A stretch of DNA of 63,791 nt, counting the filler, from Phoronis australis (taxonomy: Eukaryota; Animalia; Phoronida), in the NCBI GenBank assembly GCA_002633005.1. It is 5 parts of 5 records of this genome, joined end to end, with 100 filler letters (N's around TTAATTAATTAA, not from the genome) between each part and the next. Parts side by side here need not be neighbours in the genome. Positions count along the whole stretch, not along the records: positions 59,089 to 63,791 come from NMRA01002508.1; 4 more parts are not named here. One strand, 5' to 3'. Positions within the stretch are counted from its first letter, which is position 1. The number at the start of each line of letters is the position of its first letter. Of this stretch, positions 62,156 to 63,791 are shown in pieces. The notes beneath the pieces are model-generated. The model worked only from the letters and a program-made list of their open reading frames with translations. It had not been told where the DNA came from and searched no databases. The translations under genes and the position numbers were made by a program.

Positions 62156-62227
62156 CTTAAAATACTCCTCAGTGCCATCAATTGGGGTGTCGTCATCTAT
62201 AGTAAAGTAAATGCTCGTGTTGAGGTA

Positions 62228-63791
62228 GGGGAAAGTTACTGGTTTCGTACCACTTAAGGATGCACCCCTCTGTACGCCACGCTGAACTAGCCACGGAATC
62301 GGGAGCTATCTCATAGCCTTAAGTGGCTTCACACGTATAACCGCACATGTGATTTTGAAGAATAATAATGATGTTTTAGCTGCAAAACACCGGGTTGTAG
62401 AAAAGTCAATAAAAGTACGATTCACATGACCGGTTTTGTAATTCGTACCTGTCAGACATCAGAATCGTACCAGTGGTACTATACTAATAACAAGCAAAGA
62501 TGAACAAGGAAGCAGTGCAAACAGTCAAACCTTTTATTTGCCACATAGAAACATATTACAAGAAACAGCATTTCCCTATGACTCTAATGCTAACAGACGT
62601 CTTTATAAATATGTGCGAACAAACCAACACTTAAAGATAACAAAATGGATCAGTCAACTGTACTTATGTAACAAACTTAAATTGCCTGGTTTATGTAGGT
62701 TAATCAGAGTCTCCATCCGAATCACAATTATGACTTAAAAAAGCTAACATCTAAGGGTTTACGGCCTGTGCGTTGTGTGACTGGGGAAGGAGAAAATGAA
62801 AACACCATTTTCCTGCGCTAGCTTAATGGCGTCAAGGTTTTTTGTGTGGGATGCATGTCCGTCGAGCAGAAGAAGGACTTTATATTCAACTGACGCATTC
62901 ACTGATCGGATAAAAAGACGAAGCCATTCAATGAAAACTATAGAGTCAATCCATCCTGAATTAGTGCAGGCAAAAATTGTACCAGTGGGTGCATCAAGTT
63001 TCAAGGAATCACACAGTCTTTTCCTCTTGAAGATGAGCATCGGGGGATGTATTGGACAATGGCAGAATGACAGTGGACACCAGTAGTATTTGTTCCTCGT
63101 TCAGTTGGTTGTTGCTGCTCCAACTTGACGTTTCCCTTTCGTTGAGATCACTTTCGATGGCCTTTGCACGGTAGAATGTCCAGTTTCATCCATATTAAAC
63201 ACTCTGTCAGCAGTAAATCCGTGTAATTCAATTAGCTCGTAATATTTATCGAAGAAATCTGAAACCTTTCATGCGACCAGTAGATGTAGCTTCTGGGGTG
63301 CGCAGACTGAGTTCTGGATGTTGTCTCATAAAGCTGTAGTACCAGGTTTTATTGGCAGACTGTTTTGTTTCGCTAAATTTATGGATGCCATGGGATTTTG
63401 CCAATTGATATGCAAGTTTCGTAAGATCTTTTGGTGTGATACCAAAAAAAAGATCGTCAATACCTTTTATGTGTTCTACCAAATCAGGTTCTATTTCTGT
63501 AGGCAAAACTTTTGGGCCTCCGCGTAACTTGATATGTTTTGCGTACTTATTCAGACCCATGCGGTGACGGCGAATAGTTGGCTTTGGGATACCAAATAGC
63601 TTAGAATCAGCGTTAAATCCCAATCCTTCATCCATAGCTTTGAGACAGTTCTGCATATCCTCCGATGTCCATGACGACGGCGATGGCATTTTCCTCATAG
63701 TACTAAAAAGCAAGAAAAACAACATTACCTACTCGTATCACGTTTTGTGTATCGTACCTCTTGGTTATATGTATCGTACCCCGGGTACCAT
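62228..63791 (-). mobile_element. pogo/Tigger-like (Tc1/mariner superfamily) transposon, frameshifted and internally deleted transposase
   Basis: HTH-psq and CENP-B-type HTH (63246-63725: WYYSFMRQHPELSLRTPEATS), FNMDETG relic (~63180) and DDE_1 region SGWID...VLLLLDGHASH...FPSHTTH (62759-63040); TA|GGGGAAAG end at ~62228. Confidence 0.88.

Overview
AT-rich, intron- and transposon-rich animal genomic DNA, most consistent with a marine invertebrate such as a mollusc (taxon is inferred). It comes from a gapped draft assembly with N runs and four 100-nt spacers containing TTAATTAATTAA. Most ORF-track entries are spurious; the real genes appear only after splicing. Main result: two tandem + strand four-exon paralogues (23364-29860, 193 aa; 37743-42084, 185 aa). 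Both encode secreted prepro-proteins with an acidic pro-region and a 10-Cys mature domain ending in C-x-C, in a neurotrophin/Spaetzle/IL-17-type cystine-knot pattern, and I cannot assign them to a named family. Paralogue A has an RxxRR site and a very cationic mature domain; paralogue B lacks the site and has an N-glycosylation sequon. On the - strand are the 3' part of a RADX (CXorf57)-like gene, four exons of a PhyH-family 2OG-Fe(II) dioxygenase, and a possible small secreted Cys-rich peptide gene. Mobile DNA includes two inverted Kolobok-type copies (one inserted into a SWIM-YqaJ transposon gene), LINE remnants, a hAT element with a 6-bp TSD, a pogo-like element, a hairpin-terminated element with a tRNA-like segment, MITEs and many minisatellites. 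All coordinates, counts and family calls were made by eye, without database searches.
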